Assembly (NCBI GenBank): GCA_043797665.1
Contig: JAZDPL010000089.1
Coordinates: 33,972-97,971 of the forward strand
Length of the DNA: 64,000 bases
DNA from: Candidatus Omnitrophota bacterium
GTDB lineage: Bacteria; Ratteibacteria; UBA8468; MWAK01
Direction of reading: 5' to 3'
Every line of letters begins with the position of its first letter. Position 1 is the stretch's first letter. A program made the position numbers and the translations under genes. The notes under the pieces were generated by a model. That model was given only the letters and a program-made list of their open reading frames with translations. It searched no databases and had not been told where the DNA came from. This document shows positions 20,150 to 30,163 of the stretch, in pieces.

Positions 20150-22585
20150 TCATGGGACGCTATTCCTGATTTGCAGTATTTCACCCCTGACGGTTTCGAT
20201 TTTCAGCAGTGGATCCTTGAATTGTTTCTCGCCGTGGACGCTGCTTTGGATCACGAACCCGGTCCATGGGAGGATCGCTCGCAGCGGATAACCCGCCTCG
20301 CTGATGATTTCAATCCATTGGGTCTCGCCGCGCTCAAACAGGGCACTGACGAGGAATGAACCGACTGCCCGCAGAGACTGGAATTCGGCTCGTTTGTTGC
20401 GCGGCCAGTTGGGGAAGAATCGCAACGTTCCGCTGTAACTCTGAAACAGGCACTCGTTGATGACAACGGGCAGCGCGAAATTCTCGAACCATATCCCCAT
20501 CCCCGTTCTGGAGTAAAAATCGAAGGGAGTGGTGTCGTCGTAACGTCCGTGCACCTGGAGTACCTTATCGGTGCACGTTCCGTTGGGGATGAGGCAGTAT
20601 TCAATCTGCCGTTTGAACCGCTCGAGATCGAGCAGGCCGAGCCGTGCGCCCTGAAGATTGAGAAAAACGAGTTCGTTGCCGCCCTCGTTGCGGTGGTTGC
20701 GGTAGGAATTCACCGCGATTTCAAACTCTTCGCGCGGCGAGTGCAATCCGTGGTCTTCTCCGGGAAAGACCGTCATCAAGCTGTTAGGCGTGTTGTATAC
20801 GATATCCGGATTCTCTCCCGGGACTGAGACGAAAACCACACCGCACCCTGATTCCGCCGTTGGATAGTCCGGGAAATAATCAAGCACTTCCTGCACGTCA
20901 CGAATCAGTGCCGCCTCTGTTTTCTCTCTTCCCAAAATCTCGCATGCCTTCAGGAAGGCTTTGAAGACGAATTTCGTCAGGGTCAGGTCAACCAGGCAGT
21001 CGAAATTGTTCTTGAACCCCGGACGTAATCCGTACAGTTCGGGATCTACGGTCGGGAACACGTGATATTTGTCATCGTTCCACTGCGGTCCGTGTGCCTC
21101 AGGTCGCTGCATGTAGTCAACGAGGAACAGCACTGCATCCCGGATGGGTTCGAAAGCACGGCGCTCAAGGAATGACCTGTCCTGGGTGTAGAGATAATGC
21201 CACCACAGGCTCTGCACCGTCCACGGTGTTTCGCAGATTTCCCAACCCCACGTCGGCACCGGATACGGGTTGGTGGTCATTTCGACGGGAAAGAATGAAT
21301 GCATCCCGTAGGCGCCGCGTAGGCCATAATACTCCCGTGCCCACTTTCGCTCGAGCGGCAGAACGCGCTCCACCATGTCAACATACGGCAGGTGCTTGTC
21401 CGGATGGTTGCCGGAGAACGTCGCCCAGAACGGCTGCTGGGCATTGTAGTTCATGTGATAATCGCCGTGCCATGCGGTACCGATGTCGCGGTAGCTCCAG
21501 TTGGCGAATAATCCCGGACAGGTGATTCCTTCCCTGACAGAACAGTTCAGAAAGTAGAAATTCCAGTACCAGGTGCGTTCCAGAAGATGGTCCTCGAGCG
21601 CGACCCCCGACCGGTTCCAGTATTCGCGCCATGTCTCTCGGCTCGCGTTGGATGCCTCCTCGAATGCGCTTTGCCTCGGATCCGGCAGGTTGCCGACATG
21701 CGTGGAGATTCCCGAAGCCTGACCTTCATCGAGTTGTACACAGGCAACGAATTCCGCTGCAGGACCGATGCTCCGTTCCAGGATCCCGGCCGTTTCCGGA
21801 ATCCCCGTCCAGGTGGCCGTCCTCATTCGCGATTCGAGAGGACCGTTCAGGGACACGGTGAGTCGGAATGCGCGATCCTTTGGATGTCCGTGCTTATCAT
21901 GCGCATGCGGTTCCTGAAACGGGAGTACCTGCCGGAAGGAGAGCATCGCCCCGGGCATCGGATCGGGCACTGTGAACGCGGGCAGATCAGGCGGCGTGGA
22001 AGGATCGGGAATCATCCGCACCCGGTCGAACGGGCTCTGTGCGGGTTTGCCGCCCTCATTCACCGTGCGCAGCCAGAGACGGTCCGCCTCCATTTCGACG
22101 AATACCTGTAGCATGACCGGTCTTCCCCCGACGAGCAATCGCACGTCGCACCGTCCGGTGGAGATATCGAGCGAGTAACCGAGTGCTTCCACGCTGCGGC
22201 GGTCGAAACCCAAAAGGAACGACCCGCACGGGAAGGGACGTGGGTAAGACTTGCGATAACTCCCGCTCATTTCGTTGAAATACTGTGCGCACCATGCATC
22301 CTCGTTGAGATCCCGGTACGTTGATGGAACCGCCTTCACCCGCTCGAACACCTGTTGAAACGTGCCGATTTTTTCCTTGTGATCTTCGGCGATACGAATG
22401 TCCCAGACATTGTTGTGGCCGAAGTGAACAACAATCGCATCGGGACGCACGCACACGATCGCACCCAGGCCCCCGTTACCGAGCACGGCACCTTCAAAGA
22501 AATCCACCGCAGGAGTCGTGCGAACGATCGGGTGCAGTGCCGCGTGTCCAACTGGGTCGAATGTTGAAAATGTATTTTTGTCCAT
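20150..22585 (-). CDS. Glycoside hydrolase, GH95-like (alpha/alpha)6 barrel
   Basis: Motifs LGNGGLGA, WHGDYHMNYN and INECLFQS..LRFFPNWP..F.SLRAVG.FLVSA. It is visibly GC-richer than its neighbours. Confidence 0.75.
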   Translation of the reverse strand: MDKNTFSTFDPVGHAALHPIVRTTPAVDFFEGAVLGNGGLGAIVCVRPDAIVVHFGHNNVWDIRIAEDHKEKIGTFQQVFERVKAVPSTYRDLNEDAWCAQYFNEMSGSYRKSYPRPFPCGSFLLGFDRRSVEALGYSLDISTGRCDVRLLVGGRPVMLQVFVEMEADRLWLRTVNEGGKPAQSPFDRVRMIPDPSTPPDLPAFTVPDPMPGAMLSFRQVLPFQEPHAHDKHGHPKDRAFRLTVSLNGPLESRMRTATWTGIPETAGILERSIGPAAEFVACVQLDEGQASGISTHVGNLPDPRQSAFEEASNASRETWREYWNRSGVALEDHLLERTWYWNFYFLNCSVREGITCPGLFANWSYRDIGTAWHGDYHMNYNAQQPFWATFSGNHPDKHLPYVDMVERVLPLERKWAREYYGLRGAYGMHSFFPVEMTTNPYPVPTWGWEICETPWTVQSLWWHYLYTQDRSFLERRAFEPIRDAVLFLVDYMQRPEAHGPQWNDDKYHVFPTVDPELYGLRPGFKNNFDCLVDLTLTKFVFKAFLKACEILGREKTEAALIRDVQEVLDYFPDYPTAESGCGVVFVSVPGENPDIVYNTPNSLMTVFPGEDHGLHSPREEFEIAVNSYRNHRNEGGNELVFLNLQGARLGLLDLERFKRQIEYCLIPNGTCTDKVLQVHGRYDDTTPFDFYSRTGMGIWFENFALPVVINECLFQSYSGTLRFFPNWPRNKRAEFQSLRAVGSFLVSALFERGETQWIEIISEAGYPLRAILPWTGFVIQSSVHGEKQFKDPLLKIETVRGEILQIRNSVP

Positions 22586-22839
22586 CACAAAAAAACATTT
22601 TAGTCCTGATAGCCTGCCTTGTTTATTATATTCTACTCCGCTGTTGTATCTATTTGTCAATAGACAAATCTGGCACAAGATTCTAACCCCTACCCCACCA
22701 TCCAGTCGCAATTAGTAGTTTTGACTTCTTTTGTCCGGAGGGATACAATTTAGACGCAAAGTTCTTTGAGAAGGCGAAGAATCTTTACGCAGCCTTTTTT
22801 TAAAAAATAGGATTAGCCTATTTAACCAGAGAGGTTTAA

Positions 22840-23199
22840 ATGAAAAAATTGTTAATAATTATTTTACTGCTAACTTTAATTTCTTTTTCTTCGGGATGTG
22901 GTGTGGCTTTGTTGGTTGGAGCTGGTGGATATGCCGAATCTCAAAGCCGCAAGGGAACTAAAGCAAAAGCCAAATATACTAAATTGTATAATAAATATAA
23001 GTTAAGGATGGAACAGATAAACCTGAACCGGGAAAAGGCAGGTTTGCAACCTAAGCCAATAATGAACTTTGAAGAATGGCTTAACCTGCAACCATTAAGT
23101 CCTGCAGAAGCGAATCTATTTGAAAAAACAGGGGTGCAAACACCAAAAGAAATAAAGGAACAAGAGAAAACAAGAACTGACACTTATATGCAGAAGTAG
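22840..23199 (+). CDS. Hypothetical lipoprotein
   Basis: Signal peptide with lipobox SSGC, a GAGG ribosome-binding site, and an upstream TTGACT-N17-TACAAT promoter. Confidence 0.7.
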   Translation: MKKLLIIILLLTLISFSSGCGVALLVGAGGYAESQSRKGTKAKAKYTKLYNKYKLRMEQINLNREKAGLQPKPIMNFEEWLNLQPLSPAEANLFEKTGVQTPKEIKEQEKTRTDTYMQK

Positions 23200-23206
23200 G
23201 AAAAAT

Positions 23207-23376
23207 CCTCGTGGACAATGTTAGAACTATCCTTCAACGGTCAAATGCATATATTCACATACCCGATTTAGCGCCACGAGCTTAGTTTGTCTTAATTATA
23301 GAAGTTTACCCTACCCTGCCACTCACTATATCTCTATTTTGATGGCTCACCTTCCCCACTATCCAGTCGCAATTAG
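23207..23376 (+). repeat. Cassette boundary repeat type B (att-like site + tail LVDNVRTILQRSN.YIHIPDLAP + motif Y)
   Basis: About 170 bp, with near-identical copies at 33348, 35971, 43214 and 44616. Confidence 0.9.
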
Positions 23377-23462
23377 TTTTGGCGTTAGGATGTTGACCCT
23401 GGAACGCAGGAAGAAGTACAATCTGGAAGGAAAACATTTAACGGAAACGACCACCCGGACCA

Positions 23463-25493
23463 ATGTCAAACCGCAACATAGAATCAGGTAAATTTGTCTC
23501 AAAAAGTCCTCGGCCGTATCGGCCCTCAACCCTTGTTGCCGTAATCGCCATCTGCCTTTTAGGTATTCTCATCTACTCCAATACCTTCCACGCCTCGTTC
23601 CATTTTGATGATGAACAAAATATTCTTACCAATGCTGCCATCCGTAACCTCTGGAACCTGAAAGCCATCTGGGATTTCGCTCCCACCCGCTTCTTCACCT
23701 ACCTTTCCTTATCGGTCAACTACCATCTTCATCAGTTATCTACCCCCGGCTACCACATATTCAACCTGGCGGTCCATCTGGGCTCGGCTATCTTAGTCTA
23801 CTGGTTTATCCTGCTAATTTTCTCCACCCCTTATTTCAGATCCTTCCCGCGTTGCGGGCTTGATAAATCAAGCCTCTACACCCCAAATGTAGGGGTTCAA
23901 TTTATTGAACCCGAAGGTAGGGTGAGAAACCTCCTGGCGTTATTTAGCGGTCTGCTCTTTGTCTGCCACCCGGTCCAGATCCAGGCGGTAACCTACATCA
24001 TCCAGCGTACCGCTTCTTTGGCTACCTTCTTTTACCTGCTTTCCGTCTGTCTCTATCTAAGAGCAAGATTAAACCAGGCACAAAAACCGGATTCCCCCTG
24101 CTGGTTAAGGTTCTATGCCGGTTCAATCCTATCTGCGGTTGCCGCCCTCTTTACCAAAGAGATGGCCGTTACCCTGCCGTTTATGCTTTTGCTTTGCGAG
24201 GTTTCTTTCTTTCGGGATAATCTCAAGAACACCGCTAAACGGCTCGCGCCGTTTTTTCTTATCCTGCTAATAGTTTTGATAAACATCAAGGTAACCGGGT
24301 GGTCGGCTAAATTTTCAGAGGCAAGGCTCTTACAGGAACCCCAGTCCGGCCTAACCGCCATCACCCCGGCCCAGTATCTTTTCACCCAGTTCAGGGTGAT
24401 TGTGACCTACATCAGGCTTTTGCTGGTACCGGTAAATCAAAACCTGGACTACGACTATCCAATCAGCCAAACGCTATGGCAAGTGCCCACCGTAACCAGT
24501 CTTATCTTTCTTTTGTTGCTCCTGACAGCCGGCTTTCTCCTGTTCCGGAAGTACCGGTTGATATCTTTTAGTATCTTCTGGTTCTTTCTGACCATCGCCC
24601 CGGAATCCAGTATTTTTCCTATCAGGGATGTTATCTACGAACACCGGCTCTACCTGCCTTTGGTCGGTTACAGCCTATTTTTGCCGGTTGCCGCCTATGT
24701 CTTGTTTGGAAACAGAAAATTAAAACTAATGATAATCATTCTCCTGTCCATAATCGCCTGCTATTCGGTGATGACCTATAGCCGCAACCGTGTCTGGAAA
24801 GACGAGCTAACCCTGTGGAGCGATGTGATGCGCAAGTTTCCGAATAAGACACGGCCGGCTTATAACTTGGGAGTGACTTATGCCGCTCTGGGCCGCTACC
24901 AGGAAGCAATTGATGCTTACAAGCAGGCAATCCGTATTAAACCGGATTATGCAGAGGCGCACTACAACCTGGGAGTGGCTTATTTCAAACTGGGCCGCTG
25001 CCAGGAAGCAATTGATGCTTACAAGCAGGCAATCCGCCTCAAGCCGGATGATGCCCCTGAGTACAACAACCTGGGAAATGTTTACGCCAGAGTGGATCGC
25101 TACCCGGAAGCGATTGACGCTTACAAGCAGGCAATTCGTATCAAGCCTGATTTCGCAGAGACGCGCTACAACCTGGGAAATGTTTACGACAGAGTGGGTC
25201 GCTACCCGGAAGCGATTGACGCTTACAAGCAGGCAATCCGCCTCAAGCCGGATGATGCCCCTACGTACAACAACCTGGGAAATGTTTACGCCAGAGTGGG
25301 TCGCTACCCGGAAACGATTGACGCCTACAAACAGGCTATCTGTATCAAACCGGATCTGGCAGAGGCGCACTTCAACCTGGGAGTGACTTATTTGAAGCTT
25401 GGTGATAAGGGTTCTGCCTTGGAAGAGTATACGATTCTCAAAGACCTGAACGGCGATTTAGCCAACAAATTGTTTAATACAATTTACAAATAA
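23463..25493 (+). CDS. TMTC-like membrane glycosyltransferase with TPRs
   Basis: Motifs FHFDD, YHIFN, HPVQIQAVTYIIQR, TKE and YEHRLY. Near-identical 102-bp TPR repeats occupy ~24860-25380. Confidence 0.85.
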   Translation: MSNRNIESGKFVSKSPRPYRPSTLVAVIAICLLGILIYSNTFHASFHFDDEQNILTNAAIRNLWNLKAIWDFAPTRFFTYLSLSVNYHLHQLSTPGYHIFNLAVHLGSAILVYWFILLIFSTPYFRSFPRCGLDKSSLYTPNVGVQFIEPEGRVRNLLALFSGLLFVCHPVQIQAVTYIIQRTASLATFFYLLSVCLYLRARLNQAQKPDSPCWLRFYAGSILSAVAALFTKEMAVTLPFMLLLCEVSFFRDNLKNTAKRLAPFFLILLIVLINIKVTGWSAKFSEARLLQEPQSGLTAITPAQYLFTQFRVIVTYIRLLLVPVNQNLDYDYPISQTLWQVPTVTSLIFLLLLLTAGFLLFRKYRLISFSIFWFFLTIAPESSIFPIRDVIYEHRLYLPLVGYSLFLPVAAYVLFGNRKLKLMIIILLSIIACYSVMTYSRNRVWKDELTLWSDVMRKFPNKTRPAYNLGVTYAALGRYQEAIDAYKQAIRIKPDYAEAHYNLGVAYFKLGRCQEAIDAYKQAIRLKPDDAPEYNNLGNVYARVDRYPEAIDAYKQAIRIKPDFAETRYNLGNVYDRVGRYPEAIDAYKQAIRLKPDDAPTYNNLGNVYARVGRYPETIDAYKQAICIKPDLAEAHFNLGVTYLKLGDKGSALEEYTILKDLNGDLANKLFNTIYK

Positions 25494-25701
25494 GTGACTT
25501 TCCCGTTGACTGGTTTTCGTTTTTATTTTCAAGCCATATTCTGACAGGTGATTATCTATCCAGTCTCCTCTGCCAACATAAGAAACCTTTTTCGGCAAAC
25601 AAACCATCATACGGGTGCAATTAGTCTTGGCCGCAACGTCGATTCCTGAAAACTATATTGTTTAAAGCACAAAGCGATTTTTGGGGGTTAATTTGAGTAT
25701 A

Positions 25702-26676
25702 TTATTGCTGAAGCAAAGAGCCAATCTGGCTAAAATACCTGAAATAAAACGAAATGACGATATATCCGACGTAAACCGCAATCAGCAGATAGACAATCAC
25801 CGGCAACATTGCAACGAGCCGTTCGGTCCCAGTTTCAACCTCATGTTCCATGTAATTGATCACCCGTGTAAGAGTCTCGTCCATTTTCCCGCTCATTTCC
25901 CCGATGCGCAACATCTCAAGGAGCATCGACGGGAAATAAGGATTGAGCGCAAATACTTCTGATATATTCCCGGATTCTTCCAGCCGCGGAACCATCTTGA
26001 GCGTTTCGCGTTCTATAACCGAATTCCCCATCGTCTGAGCCGCTATTTGAACCGCTCTTATTATTCCGATTCCGGCAACATATAAACAGACAAATGCCCG
26101 GAGAAAACGGAGTAACACAACCCTTTTCACCAGCGGTCCTACAACAGGCAAATTGATAATAATGCCGTCTAACCAAGAACCAAAAGCAGAAAGAGAGCAC
26201 AACTTTTTCGGCAAAACCCCGAAAACAAAAATAGCAGCATAGAGAATAGCCAGAGCAGGTAATGTCGTGCCAAGGAAAGCTCCCAACCCTCTGGAAATAA
26301 GGTTTGGTACTGCCGGAATGATAATTGCCGCATGGAGAAGCATCGCCGGATATAACAGACCGCTTATAAGTTTGGCCCTTGCACGGTGAAGAAAATCGAA
26401 GTAATCTGCCAGTTTCTCAAGAACATCCGGGAGTGTCCCCGAGGCCTCTCCGGCACGCATAATTGCCACCTCAAAAGGACTGAAAATACGGGGAGAAAAG
26501 TGCAAGAGGGCTTCGGTAAGCGACTTTCCTGAAGATATCCGGTCACAGAGAGTCAGAGTAACAGCAGCATCAAAACCCGTAGTCCTGATGGTTCCCAGAG
26601 CGTTCAAAATAGGCATCCCTGCCTTCAACATTACGCCCAACTGCCGGTAAAAAAGCGCTTTCGTCTGATATCTCAT
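25702..26676 (-). CDS. Type II secretion system F / PilC family protein
   Basis: Two T2SSF repeats: FYRQLGVMLKAGMPI..AGEASGTL and IGEMSGKMDETL. Confidence 0.88.
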   Translation of the reverse strand: MRYQTKALFYRQLGVMLKAGMPILNALGTIRTTGFDAAVTLTLCDRISSGKSLTEALLHFSPRIFSPFEVAIMRAGEASGTLPDVLEKLADYFDFLHRARAKLISGLLYPAMLLHAAIIIPAVPNLISRGLGAFLGTTLPALAILYAAIFVFGVLPKKLCSLSAFGSWLDGIIINLPVVGPLVKRVVLLRFLRAFVCLYVAGIGIIRAVQIAAQTMGNSVIERETLKMVPRLEESGNISEVFALNPYFPSMLLEMLRIGEMSGKMDETLTRVINYMEHEVETGTERLVAMLPVIVYLLIAVYVGYIVISFYFRYFSQIGSLLQQ

Positions 26677-26806
26677 ACCACTCCCTGCCCCCGAAGTTGC
26701 TATCAGCCAAATAAAGCAATTACTGACGAGTCTTCAGCAATAATCCTCTTGTATTATACCACCATCCTGTCGCAATTAGTCTTCTTCCCACAATCCCATT
26801 GACAGT

Positions 26807-26846
26807 TGTAACTAAAAAAGGTACAATTGTACCTAAAATGGGTACA
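26807..26846. promoter_or_regulatory. Tandem palindromic operators overlapping a TTGACA-N17-TACAAT promoter
   Basis: Palindromes TGTAACTAAAAAAGGTACA and TGTACCTAAAATGGGTACA. Confidence 0.65.
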
Positions 26847-27449
26847 AGAAACAAGGAAACGAGTTTATCTGCTGTTTTGTTCGGTAAAACCCGTCGGGCA
26901 GTTCTTTCCTTACTCTACGGTCACGCCGACCAGGCATTTTATCTGCGCGAGATTATCCGTAATGCCGGCGTTGGTCCGGGTGCTACCCAGCAGGAAGTAA
27001 AACAACTTTCCGAAGTCGGGATTATTAAGCGCACGGTTAGGGGACGCCAGGTTTATTACCAGGCAGATTCTGATTGTCCGATTTTCAATGAACTCAAAAA
27101 TCTTGTAACTAAGACTGTCGGGATGGCGGATATTTTAAGAAATTTCTTAACGCCACTTGCAGACCGTATTATAGCGGCGTTTATCTACGGTTCCGTTGTT
27201 CGCGGAGAAGACCGCAACGGGAGCGACGTGGATATATTGGTGGTGGGAGATATCGCTTTTACGGAAGTCTCCTCGGCTCTTTCCGGTGCCCAAAAGATAC
27301 TTTCCAGGGAGGTCAACCCCAGCGTATATCCCATCGCGGAATTTCGCACAAAATTGGCGAACGGACATCATTTCCTCAAATCTGTTATAGGCCAGGATAA
27401 GATTTTCCTGGTTGGAGACGAAGATGAGCTTAAGAGATTGGTTAAGTAA
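26838..27449 (+). CDS. HTH + minimal nucleotidyltransferase (MNT-type antitoxin)
   Basis: N-terminal winged HTH followed by the Pol-beta motif YGSVVRGEDRNGSDVDILVVG. Confidence 0.85.
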   Translation: MGTRNKETSLSAVLFGKTRRAVLSLLYGHADQAFYLREIIRNAGVGPGATQQEVKQLSEVGIIKRTVRGRQVYYQADSDCPIFNELKNLVTKTVGMADILRNFLTPLADRIIAAFIYGSVVRGEDRNGSDVDILVVGDIAFTEVSSALSGAQKILSREVNPSVYPIAEFRTKLANGHHFLKSVIGQDKIFLVGDEDELKRLVK

Positions 27450-27575
27450 CGGATGGCTGATTGAGCACAAATTTTATTGACCAATTCGATTCTTTCCGTA
27501 AGAAAAGGAATATCGGCGGTTATGAACGGGCTGGTTTAGTATCTGATCAGGAAGCAACCGAGATGCTATCTCAGG
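27424..27575 (+). pseudogene. Internally deleted HEPN-like toxin remnant
   Basis: MSLRDWLSNGWLIEHK overlaps the MNT stop. It is followed by FDSFRKKRNIGGYERAGLVSDQEA (HEPN-like R-x-Y motif), with most of the gene missing. Confidence 0.6.
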
Positions 27576-27679
27576 GGTGGCTCCCATCACCGGAATCAGT
27601 GGCTCCTTTGACCGGAATACGCAGATAAATAGCCCGAATTTGAGTTACAGACTTGGTTTTCCCCCATTTTTTAGTGTTG

Positions 27680-27767
27680 AGGGAGAGTTGGACGCGTTCG
27701 AACTGGAACCTGGCTTAAATACCCCTTTTTTGTTATTCCCCCTACCCCACCATCTAGCCGTAATTGA
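27680..27767 (+). repeat. Boundary repeat type C, direct repeat flanking the Fic gene
   Basis: GAGGGAGAGTTGGACGCGTTCGAACTGGAAC.TGGCTTAAATACCCC..., with a second copy at ~28934-29026. Confidence 0.85.
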
Positions 27768-27865
27768 TTTTGACTTATCCCGATTGAAGAGCAAATCTAA
27801 TGATGAGCAACAATTATGGAAACAATTAGTTGACAATTAATGCTTCGTTCATATAGAATATAACT

Positions 27866-28891
27866 ATGGAAATTTCATATTCTCCCAAATTTGAACGGTC
27901 AGCACGGTTGATCCAACATTTGACCCAAGCTTCAAGTCTGTGTGCATGGATTCAGGAACAAGCTATAGATGTTTCCTGGATTGCGCCTACCCAGCGAGAT
28001 GCTCTCGTACGATTAGCGCATTATTCTACACGTATTGAAGGGAATCCTCTGACCCTCCCTGAAGTAGAAGCACTCGCCATGGGTAAGGATTTGGCTGTTG
28101 AGGAGCATGCTAAACGAGAAGTGTTGAATTATTTTGCTGCACTCCGGTGGATCTGGACAAAAAGTCCAACTTATACAATTGAAGAAAAAGAACTTCTTAA
28201 TCTCCACAGACTCTTAACACAAGGGTTACTTCCTTTATCAGAATCCGGGACTTATAAGACAAAACCCAATGCTGTCTTCAAGGATAGTCGTATAATCTAC
28301 AAACCCCCGCCTCCGGAAGCATCTCCGATTCTTACCTGCAGCTTATTAAAATGGCTTAATTCCAACGAAGCAAGAGACGAACATACCGTTATCGTGGCTG
28401 CTATAGCCCACCATCGCCTTGTGTCAATTCACCCATTTCTGGATGGAAATGGCAGAGTCGCAAGAGCCTTAGAATCCTGGCTTCTTTATCATCGAGGTTT
28501 TGATACTTATCATATCTTCGCTCTCGATGAGTTTTTCGAAATTGATCGCGAACGATACTACAACGAGATTCAGAAGGTACGGAGGCAAGAAGAAAATCTC
28601 ACCTCGTGGTTGGAATACTTGGGCGAAGGAATTGTAGAAACTCTTAGAAAGACCCAACGCCGTATTCAATCTATACGTACCAAAATGCCAATCACAAAAT
28701 TTACCTTGAACCATCAACAAGAAAGAATTATGCGTATCCTTGGTGAAGTGCCAAAGATTAGCGGAGGTGAACTGGCAAGATCATTGGGTATATCCCGAAG
28801 CCATCTCAGTAAAGTGTTGAGCCCCCTTGTTAAAACCGGATTAGTCATAAAGGAAGGATCTACCAAGGCAGCGATATACCGACTTACCTAA
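27866..28891 (+). CDS. Fic family protein with C-terminal HTH
   Basis: Canonical HPFLDGNGRVAR motif and the inhibitory-type STRIEGN motif. Confidence 0.95.
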   Translation: MEISYSPKFERSARLIQHLTQASSLCAWIQEQAIDVSWIAPTQRDALVRLAHYSTRIEGNPLTLPEVEALAMGKDLAVEEHAKREVLNYFAALRWIWTKSPTYTIEEKELLNLHRLLTQGLLPLSESGTYKTKPNAVFKDSRIIYKPPPPEASPILTCSLLKWLNSNEARDEHTVIVAAIAHHRLVSIHPFLDGNGRVARALESWLLYHRGFDTYHIFALDEFFEIDRERYYNEIQKVRRQEENLTSWLEYLGEGIVETLRKTQRRIQSIRTKMPITKFTLNHQQERIMRILGEVPKISGGELARSLGISRSHLSKVLSPLVKTGLVIKEGSTKAAIYRLT

Positions 28892-29123
28892 AATTAAGCC
28901 AGCCGTCTTAGATTTCCGCGTTCCCTCGGTCAGGAGGGAGAGTTGGACGCGTTCGAACTGGAACTTGGCTTAAATACCCCTTTTTCTTGTTATCCCCCTA
29001 CCCCACTCCCATGCTGTCGCAATTAATTTTGACCAGGGGAGGAAAAACGTAGTATACTTTATGGTGGTTAGGCTGGAACCGGCTAAAATTTAACTTTTTG
29101 AAGCTAATGTGTTACGAGGAAGC

Positions 29124-29585
29124 ATGAAAGCTTGTCTGACATTTGTGAGCATGGTTGTTCTTTGCCTTCTATGCACCGGGTCCGTTGTCAACGGAGAAGG
29201 AACTTTTAATCCTGGTACAGAGCCCGATGGTTTCCGCAACATGACTTGGGGAACTGATATATCTGCCTTCGACGGACTTGAGCTTCTGCGAGATGATCCT
29301 GAAAAAGAATATGTGTATGTCCTGAAGGAATATCAAGGGGTTAAAATATACAAGAGAAATGGAGATGAATATATGATAGGCGATAATATACAGTTGGCAC
29401 TTACAGGTAATACTTCAGCAGCCCGAGGGTGGAGCAAGGTCCCAGAAGCACCGATTGAATGGTATTTCAAAAATGACAAGTTCTGTGGTGTTCACCTGAT
29501 TACCGGCAACTACGCTTCTGGAGGTCAATCTCTCGCAGGGTTCTTGGGAGGAAAAGGGAACAGTAATAGTTTCAGCGACCCCTGA
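29124..29585 (+). CDS. Secreted hypothetical protein, probably truncated or chimeric
   Basis: Signal peptide and an EPDGFRNMTWGT motif. It runs into an out-of-frame PEGA fragment. Confidence 0.55.
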   Translation: MKACLTFVSMVVLCLLCTGSVVNGEGTFNPGTEPDGFRNMTWGTDISAFDGLELLRDDPEKEYVYVLKEYQGVKIYKRNGDEYMIGDNIQLALTGNTSAARGWSKVPEAPIEWYFKNDKFCGVHLITGNYASGGQSLAGFLGGKGNSNSFSDP

Positions 29586-29763
29586 AAATGCCGAAGTAAA
29601 TATTGATGGGATTTTTATAGGTAATGTGCCCTGCAAGCTCTCGTTGAGTGACGGAATTCACATCATTGAAATAAAATCTGCTGGCTACAAAAACTATAGA
29701 AAGGAACTACGTGTTATAGGAGAGTCTGAAGTCACGATAAAGACTGCGTTGGAGAAAGAGTAG
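29556..29763 (+). pseudogene. PEGA-domain fragment
   Basis: Translates as GTVIVSATPENAEVNIDGIFIGNVP...GIHIIEIKSAGY and has no start codon of its own. Confidence 0.7.
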
Positions 29764-29819
29764 ATCCAAAGGCGAATCGAATCGCTGGAGAAGGGGTTTG
29801 TTTCCAAACGAATTGAGTC

Positions 29820-30080
29820 CTAGGGCAATCGTGGAGGAGCAGCGGGTTCTTTTAAGTTATTTATTTCCGAACATCACCGTGAACGATAATAAAATCAAGC
29901 CAAATTACACTTTAGCATTCGAATTTTTGGCAAAATGGATACCCAAACTCAATAGAACTTTCGAACTTGCTGAAACCCGCATAGATAAAGGCGAAAACGG
30001 AGATTCCCCCCAGTTTGTCCTCCATTGCTCCGGTGGCTGGACTATGTTAGAACCTATTTTATGAACCAGATTATATAGAT
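29820..30080 (+). pseudogene. C-terminal remnant of a putative large serine recombinase running through the att-like site
   Basis: Reads EEQRVLLSYLFPNITV..PNYTLAFEFL..LNRTFEL, then after a frameshift PVCPPLLRWLDYVRTYF. The family call is recalled from the pattern, not searched. Confidence 0.55.
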
Positions 30081-30163
30081 CTATTACCTCCAGACCTCTA
30101 AAAGCCTCCCAGAATCGATTTTCGAGGTGTTCTTGGAGGTATGTAAACCGTTGTTTAATTTCC

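Noticed and set aside
24860..25380. Near-identical 102-bp tandem repeats as a DGR or non-coding array
   Set aside because: They encode 34-aa TPR units in frame, and there is no reverse transcriptase in the window.
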